DNA of 64,000 nt from Candidatus Magasanikiibacteriota bacterium (GTDB lineage: Bacteria; Patescibacteriota; Patescibacteriia; Magasanikbacterales; UBA922), in assembly GCA_016207245.1 (NCBI GenBank), contig JACQQA010000009.1:9165-73164 (forward strand), in the 5' to 3' direction. The stretch's first letter is position 1. Each line of letters opens with the position of its first letter. The notes beneath the pieces are model-generated. The model was given only the letters and a program-made list of their open reading frames with translations, searched no databases and was not told the DNA's origin. This document shows positions 35,883 through 43,067 of this stretch, one piece after another. The position numbers and the translations under genes were made by a program.

Positions 35883-36959
35883 CTATGTCGCGACATGAAA
35901 ATAGACCACATCTCCATCTCTCACCACATAATCTTTCCCTTCCAACCTCAACTTGCCAGAAGTTTTGATCCCGCTCCAGCCGCCAAACAGGATGAAGTCC
36001 TGCCAGCTACAAACATCGGCTTTGATAAAGCCCTTGATAAAATCGGTATGAATCACTCCTGCCGCTTGGGGGGCGGATGCCCCCCGTTTTACTGTCCAGG
36101 CGCGAGTTTCCGGCTCGCCGGAAGTAAGAAAAGTAATTAAATCTAAAAGCTTATAACTGGCCAAAATTAGCTTATCTAAGCCGGTTTGCTCAATCCCCAA
36201 CTCTTTCAAATACTGCTTCGCCTCTTCCGGCGACAACTCCGCCACCTCGGCTTCCAGCTTCGCGCAAACATGTGTTTGGTCCGTTCGTTCGCCAAGATTT
36301 AGGATTTCTGATTTAGGATTTAGAGTTTCGTCATCATTTATGACGTAAAGCACTGGTTTCATCGTCAACAAATGCAAGTCTTTCACAACCACCACTTCAT
36401 CCTCTGTAAATTCAAGCGCCCGCGCGGGTTTTTCGCTTTCTAAACACAATTTAATTTTTTCCAAAACTTCAATCTCTATTTTAATTTTATCATCAATTTT
36501 GCCTTTGGCGCCTTTTTTTGTTGTGTTTAATTTTTTTTCAACCGTCTGTAAGTCCGCTAAAATAAGCTCTAAATTTATTATCTCCGCGTCTTCTTTCGGA
36601 TCAACGCGGTTTTGCACGTGAACCACATTGCTGTCGGAAAACGCGCGCACGACCTGAACAATCGCGTCAACTTCTCTGATGTGAGATAAAAACTTATTGC
36701 CTAAACCGGCGCCTTCAGAGGCGCCCTTAACCAGGCCGGCAATATCAACAAACTGAATCGCGGTCGGAATTGTTTTTTTTGATTTTGAAACTTCGGCAAG
36801 CTGTGCCAAACGCTCATCTGGGACCTCTACAATGCCCACGTTGGGCTCAATCGTGCAAAAAGGATAATTCTGCGCGTCCGCTTGTTTACTGCGCGTCAGA
36901 GCGTTAAAAAGCGTTGATTTGCCGACGTTAGGAAGACCGACTATTCCGATGGAAAGCAT
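35883..36959 (-). CDS. ychF: Redox-regulated ATPase YchF
   Basis: True start MLSIGIVGLPNVGKSTLFNALT. The longer ORF-track N-terminus reads through the tRNA-Ala gene. Confidence 0.93.
   Translation of the reverse strand: MLSIGIVGLPNVGKSTLFNALTRSKQADAQNYPFCTIEPNVGIVEVPDERLAQLAEVSKSKKTIPTAIQFVDIAGLVKGASEGAGLGNKFLSHIREVDAIVQVVRAFSDSNVVHVQNRVDPKEDAEIINLELILADLQTVEKKLNTTKKGAKGKIDDKIKIEIEVLEKIKLCLESEKPARALEFTEDEVVVVKDLHLLTMKPVLYVINDDETLNPKSEILNLGERTDQTHVCAKLEAEVAELSPEEAKQYLKELGIEQTGLDKLILASYKLLDLITFLTSGEPETRAWTVKRGASAPQAAGVIHTDFIKGFIKADVCSWQDFILFGGWSGIKTSGKLRLEGKDYVVRDGDVVYFHVAT
36296..36323. repeat. Four tandem heptamers (minus strand AAATCCT-type) inside ychF, in frame
   Basis: Plus strand GATTTAG GATTTCT GATTTAG GATTTAG. 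Encodes LNPKSEILNL in YchF. Confidence 0.7.
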
Positions 36960-36962
36960 ACG

Positions 36963-37035
36963 TGGACCTGAAGGGAATCGAACCCTTAGTCTCCTCCATG
37001 CCATGGAGGCGCGATAACCGTTACGCTACAGGCCC
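36963..37035 (-). tRNA. tRNA-Ala (anticodon GGC)
   Basis: Hand-folded: acceptor GGGCCTG/CAGGTCC with G3:U70, anticodon loop ATGGCAT, T arm GGGTTCGATTCCC. Confidence 0.85.
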
Positions 37036-37049
37036 GTTTTTATTTAAAA

Positions 37050-37078
37050 ATAGTATCATTTCCCTCAAAACTTGTCAA
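37050..37078 (-). promoter_or_regulatory. Promoter TTGACA-N17-TACTAT for tRNA-Ala(GGC)-ychF
   Basis: Counted by hand. Confidence 0.55.
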
Positions 37079-37338
37079 CAAAACACCCTGACATCCTGTT
37101 TTATTATACTAAATATTCTACGACACTGTTTATGTGCTTTGTATAAATATATTTTTAATACTTTATTAATATCCCGTAAATATTTTCTTTTTTTGTCCAT
37201 CTTTCCAGTTTCATAAGGAACTGATCACTTTCCCGCCCAATTCTCATAGTCGCTGCTCCATGTTACGTGTTTTATATTTCATGCTTCTCGCCTCACTTTT
37301 GTCATGAAAGTATACAACACTCTACACTTTCGTGCTGT

Positions 37339-37359
37339 TTTGTGGACCCACCGGGAATC
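37339..37359 (-). repeat. Orphan copy of the 3' end of tRNA-Ala(CGC) (21-nt direct repeat)
   Basis: tttgtggacccaccgggaatc at 37339-37359 is identical to 37417-37437 (tRNA 3' acceptor/T arm plus 4 nt). Confidence 0.75.
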
Positions 37360-37420
37360 TCCGCCCAAGGCGGATGCGCCTCGGGCGCAGAACCCCTGCT
37401 TCACTATATTCAAAAATTTG

Positions 37421-37491
37421 TGGACCCACCGGGAATCGAACCCGGACCTCGGCAATGCGAATGCCGCGTAATACCGTTTTACTATGGGCCC
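37421..37491 (-). tRNA. tRNA-Ala (anticodon CGC)
   Basis: Hand-folded: acceptor GGGCCCA/TGGGTCC with G3:U70, anticodon stem CGGCA/TGCCG with loop TTCGCAT, T arm CCGGGTTCGATTCCCGG. Confidence 0.85.
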
Positions 37492-37500
37492 TTTTAATAG

Positions 37501-37572
37501 TGCCCTCGGAGGGAATTGAACCCCCATTTCGTCCTTAGGACGGACTTGTTCTATCCGTTGAACTACGAGGGC
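37501..37572 (-). tRNA. tRNA-Arg (anticodon CCU)
   Basis: Hand-folded: acceptor GCCCTCG/CGAGGGC, D stem GTTC/GAAC, anticodon loop GTCCTAA, T arm GGGGGTTCAATTCCCTC. One mismatch at the top of the anticodon stem. Confidence 0.75.
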
Positions 37573-37777
37573 CAAAGCCGTGGCGGGCAGGTATCCGTTG
37601 CCATGCACCGCGTGGGGCGCATGGTCCGCCTCTGGCGGAAACTACGAGGGCTTATTTCGCGATATGACAATCTTCTGACCACCAAAAATAATGGACAAAA
37701 GATTGTTGGGGCGGTGTGAATGATAGTCGCCCCAAAGAAAAAGAACGGGTGGGCCATGGTTTCAACGCGCCGGCGTT

Positions 37778-37981
37778 TTACTCCACTGCTAGAGGTGGGG
37801 CGACAAAGGATGTTGTGGAAGCCGAAGGCGGGGATTGTGAGCCGTTGTCAGGAGTCTCCCCACAACAGCGCGGACAACAATGCCCTTCGCAGGTGTGTTC
37901 GTTGCCATGGTCTGGCTTTCCTGCGCAACAGCCCGATTGACCACGACAGGACGGTGGAGAAAGTGTATTGGAAAGATTCAC
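37778..37981 (-). CDS. GC-rich island 4: 67-aa Cys-rich peptide (8 Cys, 3 His)
   Basis: AAAGGAGG SD 5 nt before GTG at 37981. (M)NLSNTLSPPSCRGQSGCCAGKPDHGNEHTCEGHCCPRCCGETPDNGSQSPP...; consensus promoter upstream. Confidence 0.5.
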   Translation of the reverse strand: MNLSNTLSPPSCRGQSGCCAGKPDHGNEHTCEGHCCPRCCGETPDNGSQSPPSASTTSFVAPPLAVE

Positions 37982-38051
37982 TCTTACCTCCTTTTGGATT
38001 TTCCGCCTTGAACATTCAGGGCGGTACCGCATTTGCATACGGATGGCCGGT

Positions 38052-38080
38052 AGTTTACTGACAAAAATAAATTTTGTCAA
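38052..38080 (-). promoter_or_regulatory. Promoter TTGACA-N17-TAAACT for the Cys-rich peptide gene (and possibly downstream tRNAs)
   Basis: Counted by hand. Confidence 0.55.
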
Positions 38081-38095
38081 ATTAGTTGTTAACTC

Positions 38096-38124
38096 TTGAC
38101 AAGATACTTAACATATGTTAATAT
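38096..38124 (+). promoter_or_regulatory. Promoter TTGACA-N17-TAATAT for the HTH-Doc operon
   Basis: Counted by hand. Confidence 0.6.
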
Positions 38125-38148
38125 ACTAAGTGTACTTAACAGAGCACT

Positions 38149-38406
38149 ATGGCGGACAAAAATCAAATTTCTACAGCCGAGCTGGCCAAAATGCTCAGAA
38201 TCAGCCGGGTGGCGATTTTTTATAAAATCAAACGCGGAGAAATACCGGCGATTAAGGTTGGACGAAATTATGTTATCAACACTTTTGATTTGCCGTATTT
38301 ATTTGGTCATGAATTAAATGCGGATAATAAGCGCGAGGTTGTCGGCGCGGTAAGACGAACAGTCAAACAATACCGCAAAACCCTGGAATTGCTGGGACGA
38401 GAATAA
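38149..38406 (+). CDS. Excisionase/MerR-type HTH protein (likely antitoxin of Doc)
   Basis: LAKMLRISRVAIFYKIKRGEIPAIKVGRNYVI (HTH_17-like). 5 nt upstream of the Doc gene. Confidence 0.7.
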   Translation: MADKNQISTAELAKMLRISRVAIFYKIKRGEIPAIKVGRNYVINTFDLPYLFGHELNADNKREVVGAVRRTVKQYRKTLELLGRE

Positions 38407-38411
38407 TTTTT

Positions 38412-38828
38412 ATGCGCAAAATTTATATTCAAGAGGTAGAATTCGTCGCGCATACCTTGGCGAAAGAAACCGTGGCTTGGAATGAACCAATCCCGCCTTT
38501 TGATACCCGTTTCCCTGGTGTTTTGGAAGGATGTCTCGCCACGCCTTTTGGCGCCTTCAGCAGACATCCGTTTTATCCCGGCCTTACCGGCAAAGCCGCC
38601 ATGCTTTTTTATTTGTTGATAAAAAACCACCCTTTCCAAAACGGCAACAAAAGAATCGCTGTGGTCGCCCTGTTGTTTTTCTTGTTAAAAAACAAAAAAT
38701 GGATTAGAGTTGATAGTGTAGAATTCTACAATTTCGCCCGGTGGGTGGCGGAAAGCAACCCTAAACTAAAAAACGAAACTGCGGCGGCGATAAAAAAATT
38801 CATTGATACTTACCTAACTGACACCTAA
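38412..38828 (+). CDS. doc: Fic/Doc family toxin (death-on-curing)
   Basis: HPFQNGNKRIAVVAL is the Fic motif HxFxxGNKR. Confidence 0.85.
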   Translation: MRKIYIQEVEFVAHTLAKETVAWNEPIPPFDTRFPGVLEGCLATPFGAFSRHPFYPGLTGKAAMLFYLLIKNHPFQNGNKRIAVVALLFFLLKNKKWIRVDSVEFYNFARWVAESNPKLKNETAAAIKKFIDTYLTDT

Positions 38829-38831
38829 TCT

Positions 38832-39917
38832 ATGCAAACATTCTTAATCATTTTCCTGTCCGCCCTTTCAATCGCCCTGCTGATCGGTTTTGTTTTGCTA
38901 TACAAAAAACTCTCAACTCTGCAAAAACCAAAAGAAGGCGAGCAGAATCTGTTTGTCATGCTGCAAAACCAAATTCAAGACCTCTCGCGCGTGATGGACC
39001 AGAAAATGGCTGACACGCATCGGGTTGTCAATGACACGCAGGCAAATCTGCACAAAACCATCCAAACGCAATTCGGCCAAAGCATGAGAATCATTACTGA
39101 TGTCACGGAAAAACTTGCCAAACTGGATGAAACCAACCGGCAGGTGGTCGGGGTCGCGGAACAATTGCAGGGGTTGGAAAATGTTTTGAAAAACCCCAAA
39201 CACCGCGGGGTTTTGGGCGAGTATTATTTGGAGAACGTGCTGAAAAACGTGATGCCGCCGGGCGCGTATGAGATGCAATATAAATTCTCCGACGGTGATA
39301 TCGTTGATGCGGCGATTTTTATCAAAGACAAAATCGTCCCGATTGATTCCAAATTCAGTTTGGAAAACTACAACCGCGTTGTTGAGGAAAAGGATGAAAC
39401 CCACCGCGCCGAGTTGGAAAAATTGTTTAAACAAGATTTAAAAAATCGGATTGACGAGACAGCAAAATACATTAAGCCGAAAGAAAACACCATGGATTTC
39501 GCGTTTATGTTTATTCCGGCCGAGGGGATTTATTATGATTTATTGATTAACAAAGTCGGGGCGATTAAAATCAACACCCAGGATTTAATTGAGTACGCGT
39601 TCAAAGACAAGCATGTGATTATTGTTTCTCCCACCTCGTTTTTCGCTTACCTGCAAACCGTAATGCAGGGTTTGCGCGCCCTGCAGATTGAAGAATCAGC
39701 CAAAGAAATCCGCAAACAAGTGGAACAGCTCGGCAAACATCTGCTGTCTTACGAGGAATATATGAAAAAACTCGGTGTAAGCCTCGGCACAGTCGTAAAC
39801 CACTATAATACTTCTTACAAAGAGTTTGCTAAAATTGAAAAAGATGTGGTGAAAATCACCGAAGGCGAACGGCGAGTTGAGCCGCTGCAATTGGAGAAGC
39901 CGGCGATTGATGAGTAA
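38832..39917 (+). CDS. rmuC: DNA recombination protein RmuC
   Basis: N-terminal TM, coiled coil, C-terminal RmuC nuclease-like region (FAFMFIPAEGIYYD). Confidence 0.88.
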   Translation: MQTFLIIFLSALSIALLIGFVLLYKKLSTLQKPKEGEQNLFVMLQNQIQDLSRVMDQKMADTHRVVNDTQANLHKTIQTQFGQSMRIITDVTEKLAKLDETNRQVVGVAEQLQGLENVLKNPKHRGVLGEYYLENVLKNVMPPGAYEMQYKFSDGDIVDAAIFIKDKIVPIDSKFSLENYNRVVEEKDETHRAELEKLFKQDLKNRIDETAKYIKPKENTMDFAFMFIPAEGIYYDLLINKVGAIKINTQDLIEYAFKDKHVIIVSPTSFFAYLQTVMQGLRALQIEESAKEIRKQVEQLGKHLLSYEEYMKKLGVSLGTVVNHYNTSYKEFAKIEKDVVKITEGERRVEPLQLEKPAIDE

Positions 39918-40013
39918 CAGAACACAGAATGCAAATAACAGAATACTTTTGTGAACGATTTTTGTCACTGTCGTCAAATCGTTGTATTCTGTTATTTGTG
40001 TCCTGCATTTTGA
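39916..40013. repeat. P1 palindromic element, alpha core
   Basis: Arms cagaacacagaatgcaaataacagaatac / gtattctgttatttgtgtcctgcattttg around the core ttttgtgaacgatttttgtcactgtcgtcaaatcgtt. Confidence 0.8.
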
Positions 40014-40020
40014 AAAAATT

Positions 40021-40251
40021 ATGTTCCAAATAATAAAAATCAAGGTCATTCCCCGCGCTGGCAAAAATGAAATTGTCGGCAAGCTGGCGGACGGAACATT
40101 TAAAATAAAACTAAAAGCCCCGCCGGTGGATGGCAAGGCGAATGAAGAGTTGGTGAAATTTTTGAGTAAAGAGTGGGGTGTTGCCAAGTCAGAAGTCTGT
40201 ATAGTAAGCGGACAAAAAACCAGAACCAAGCTTGTCCAAATTGCCAATTAA
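40021..40251 (+). CDS. yggU: DUF167 (YggU) family protein
   Basis: IKVIPRAGKNEIVG...IKLKAPPVDGKANEELVKFLSK. Confidence 0.8.
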   Translation: MFQIIKIKVIPRAGKNEIVGKLADGTFKIKLKAPPVDGKANEELVKFLSKEWGVAKSEVCIVSGQKTRTKLVQIAN

Positions 40252-40253
40252 AA

Positions 40254-40517
40254 TTACGGCAAATCTACCCCGCCCTTTCCCCATGGATTACATTTTGCTA
40301 TTCTCCACATCGCTTTCGGAATCCCCACAATGATTCCTCTTTTTTTTATTACCTGATAGGCATATTCGGAACAGGTGGGATAAAAGCGGCAGTATCCGCG
40401 CGGGTGCCGAAATTTAAACCAACCGTGGTCGGGTGAGAGGGTCTTCTGATAAAAGTAAATTAAACAAAGAAAAAAACGGCGAGGTAAAACTAAAATTATT
40501 TTAAAAATCCTCTTCAT
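40254..40517 (-). CDS. yidD: Membrane protein insertion efficiency factor YidD
   Basis: CRFYPTCSEYAYQVIKKRG...CNPWGKGGVD. Confidence 0.9.
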   Translation of the reverse strand: MKRIFKIILVLPRRFFLCLIYFYQKTLSPDHGWFKFRHPRGYCRFYPTCSEYAYQVIKKRGIIVGIPKAMWRIAKCNPWGKGGVDLP

Positions 40518-40584
40518 AAATTTCTAATTGGAAATTTTATTAGAAATTACTGCCCACCACTCTTATCTCCTATCTCCATCTATC

Positions 40585-40968
40585 TCAATCTATTTTCATC
40601 ACTCCTGCTTTTCCCAAAACAAAATTTATATCTTTTTCAATCTCCCCATACTCCGCCCCCACCACTCCCGGCTTGGCCATAACAGAAACATGAAAACCGG
40701 TTTTCAGTTTCCCATCCTTCAATAATAAACGAACAACCTCGCGCATTTGCCGTTTAATCCGGTTGCGTTTAACCGCGCTCTTGCTAACTTTGACGCTAAC
40801 AACAAAAGCAATCTTTAAGTCGTCTGTCATATATTTCCGCCGCGGATATTTTTCCAGATTTATTTTCCAAATCTTCGCGGTAATGAATTTGCCGACAAAA
40901 AATCCACTCTCTTTAAAGAGAATATCAAAATCTTTCATGTGTTTTAGGCGATTTTCTTGCGGAAGCAT
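40585..40968 (-). CDS. rnpA: Ribonuclease P protein component
   Basis: Start MLPQENRLKHMKDFDILF, then KSAVKRNRIKRQMRE. Sits downstream of rpmH. Confidence 0.85.
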   Translation of the reverse strand: MLPQENRLKHMKDFDILFKESGFFVGKFITAKIWKINLEKYPRRKYMTDDLKIAFVVSVKVSKSAVKRNRIKRQMREVVRLLLKDGKLKTGFHVSVMAKPGVVGAEYGEIEKDINFVLGKAGVMKID

Positions 40969-41064
40969 AAAAACATCCAAACATATTAACATTCTAACAT
41001 ATTGGCACAAAAACAAAAGCGGCTGTTGCCGCTCGTGTTTCAATGTTAAAATGATTGTTTGTTT

Positions 41065-41241
41065 TTAGTGCGTTCTCTTGGTTCTCTTACCCTTGCGCTC
41101 ATCGCTTACAGTTAATTTCTTTCTGCCTTTAACTCGGCGTCTTTTTAATACCCCGCGGCCGTCCTGGGTCTTCATCCTGGCGCGGAAACCATGTTTTTTC
41201 GCTCTCTTGCGCTTATTTGGTTGGTAAGTTCGTTTAGACAT
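41065..41241 (-). CDS. rpmH: 50S ribosomal protein L34
   Basis: Own translation: [45 protein letters not shown]... (58 aa, below the ORF-track cutoff). Confidence 0.93.
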   Translation of the reverse strand: MSKRTYQPNKRKRAKKHGFRARMKTQDGRGVLKRRRVKGRKKLTVSDERKGKRTKRTH

Positions 41242-41312
41242 AAAATTAAATTTAGTGTGGAATAACTATATCATTGCCGTGTTTTATTGTCAAATTTGGC
41301 ATTTTCGCCTCT

Positions 41313-41351
41313 TTATCCCCACTATCCACAGTTTATCCCCAATTTACCCAC
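41313..41351 (+). promoter_or_regulatory. Four tandem DnaA-box-like 9-mers upstream of dnaA
   Basis: TTATCCCCA (41313), CTATCCACA (41322), TTATCCCCA (41333), TTTACCCAC (41343), all in the same orientation. Confidence 0.7.
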
Positions 41352-41418
41352 TTTTTGGCTGGTTTAAGCCATTTTTGCTTTATAAAAAGTGTGGTAGAAT
41401 AGGACAAAAGAGAAAATT

Positions 41419-42819
41419 ATGACTAATCACGAAATATGGCAAGCAGTGTTAGCAGAGTTTGAATTAAAGCTAACTAAAGCCAATTTTACCACATGGTTCC
41501 ACCACACCGGCATATCTGAATATGAAAACAATCAGGTGGTGATTTGTGTTCCCAGCGCTTTTGCCAAAAACTGGCTAGAAAAAAAACACCACTCTGAAGT
41601 GGTAAAAATACTGGAAAAAGTGACTGGGAAGCCTTTAAAAAGGGTGGAATATCGAGTGGAAAACATAAAAAACATCGCGGAGCATGAGTGTGTTGTTGCC
41701 ACAACAAAAACAACACCTGCTCCGACTAGTGCTTTGGTGGCGCCCCAAAACATTCCAACACCCAAAACAAGCGGCCAAAACGGCGTTAGGTTTGGCCTTA
41801 ACCAAAACTACCTCTTTGATACTTTTGTTGTTGGCAAAGGTAATGAGTTGGCGCACGCCGCGGCTCAAGCGGTTGTAAATAGGCCGGGAGAAGCTTACAA
41901 TCCTCTCTTTATATATGGCGGAGTGGGTTTGGGAAAAACCCATCTTTTGCAAGCGATTGGACATGGTCTTTTGGAAAAAAACCCGCAAACCAAGATTCTT
42001 TATGTGAGTTCCGAGCGTTTTACCAATGATTTTGTATCTTCGGTTAAAGAGGGCCGAGCCAAAGAGTTTAAAGATCGGTACCGCAATGTTGATTTATTAT
42101 TAATTGATGATATTCAGTTCATTGGCGGCAAAGAACAGACACAAGAAGAGTTTTTTCACACCTTTAACGAACTACACCAACAACACAAACAGGTGGTAAT
42201 GACGTCTGATCGTCCGCCAAAAGCTATTCCGTCGCTGGAAGACCGTTTGCGCAGCCGTTTTGAGTGGGGAATGATTGTTGATGTGGCGGCGCCAGATCTT
42301 GAGACTCGCGTAGCTATTTTACAAACAAAGTGCCAAGAAAAATCTTTTATTTTAGACCAAAAACTCGTTCAAATGGTCGCGGTTGCCATCCAAAGCAATA
42401 TCCGTGAACTTGAGGGGGTTCTAAATAAAATAATCGCGGTCCACCAACTAAAAAACATGTCACCAAACGAAGAGTCGGTCCGGTCAGTCTTGTCCACATT
42501 GGAAGCGCAAAACCTGAGGCGTTCGGCAACACCAAAAGATGTTGTTGGTGTTGTTTCCGAGTTTTATGGTGTCGGACTTGACGATATTGTTGGCAAAAGC
42601 AGGGAAAAACGCTTGGCCGGACCGCGGCAGGTTGTCATGTTTTTGTTGCGCAACGAGCTAAAGATGTCTTATCCCGCAATTGGCGATGAGTTGGGCGGCA
42701 GAGACCACACCACGGCCATGCACGCGCACACCAAGGTCGGCACAGAAATGGAAAACGACCTTAAACTAAAACAGGATATTGAGGCAATCAAACAAAAATT
42801 ATATATTGGCGCCAGCTAA
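41419..42819 (+). CDS. dnaA: Chromosomal replication initiator DnaA
   Basis: GGVGLGKTHLLQAIG Walker A and C-terminal DHTTAMHA DNA-binding motif. Confidence 0.98.
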   Translation: MTNHEIWQAVLAEFELKLTKANFTTWFHHTGISEYENNQVVICVPSAFAKNWLEKKHHSEVVKILEKVTGKPLKRVEYRVENIKNIAEHECVVATTKTTPAPTSALVAPQNIPTPKTSGQNGVRFGLNQNYLFDTFVVGKGNELAHAAAQAVVNRPGEAYNPLFIYGGVGLGKTHLLQAIGHGLLEKNPQTKILYVSSERFTNDFVSSVKEGRAKEFKDRYRNVDLLLIDDIQFIGGKEQTQEEFFHTFNELHQQHKQVVMTSDRPPKAIPSLEDRLRSRFEWGMIVDVAAPDLETRVAILQTKCQEKSFILDQKLVQMVAVAIQSNIRELEGVLNKIIAVHQLKNMSPNEESVRSVLSTLEAQNLRRSATPKDVVGVVSEFYGVGLDDIVGKSREKRLAGPRQVVMFLLRNELKMSYPAIGDELGGRDHTTAMHAHTKVGTEMENDLKLKQDIEAIKQKLYIGAS

Positions 42820-43067
42820 CAACATGTGGAGAACGTGCGCGAATCCTGTTTAAATATGGTTGATATCAACGAACATTAATCACAGTTTTTCCACCGACAA
42901 AAATTTTTTACGAAAAATAACAACAATTTCTTAACAGACAAACAACAAAAGCTTTAACACAAAATTCATTAAAACTAAGCGATAAATATCGTTTTTACAC
43001 CAAAAACACAGCCCCTACTATCTATTACTATATATTTATATAATTCGATTAGTAACACGATAATAAT
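42820..43067. other. AT-rich dnaA-dnaN spacer, candidate oriC/DUE
   Basis: 248 bp, strongly AT-rich (ctatctattactatatatttatataatt), with the degenerate box TGTGGAGAA at 42825-42833. Confidence 0.4.

Noticed and set aside
36960-37004. N-terminal extension of ychF (MAWRRLRVRFPSGPR) and similar extensions of tig (MHSVICLLY..), pilin genes (MRNAKDCENA.., MYSVICILV..), the SBP (MFCYLHSVFC) and yggU (MYSVICVLHFEK).
   Set aside because: The extensions read through a tRNA gene or through the palindromic repeat elements. Conserved protein N-termini begin at internal Met codons.
37279-37757. ORFs 37279-37608(-), 37332-37538(+), 37516-37719(+) and 37563-37757(-).
   Set aside because: They run across three tRNA genes and their hairpin inserts. 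The repeated DSRWVHK peptide is just the translated tRNA 3'-end duplication.
37575-38050. RNase P RNA or tmRNA in GC-rich island 4. The minus strand has GCAGGAAAGCCAGACC, which resembles GAGGAAAGUCCGGGC.
   Set aside because: No matching 3' P4 strand, no tRNA-like 3' end (no GGTTCGA..CTCCACCA), and no tag-peptide frame. A strong SD plus ORF explains the segment better.
38913-40247. Minus-strand ORFs 38913-39434 (173 aa) and 39696-40247 (183 aa).
   Set aside because: They are antisense to rmuC and yggU. The second also reads through the P1 element, where ..TEYNDLTTVTKIVHKS.. is the translated alpha core.
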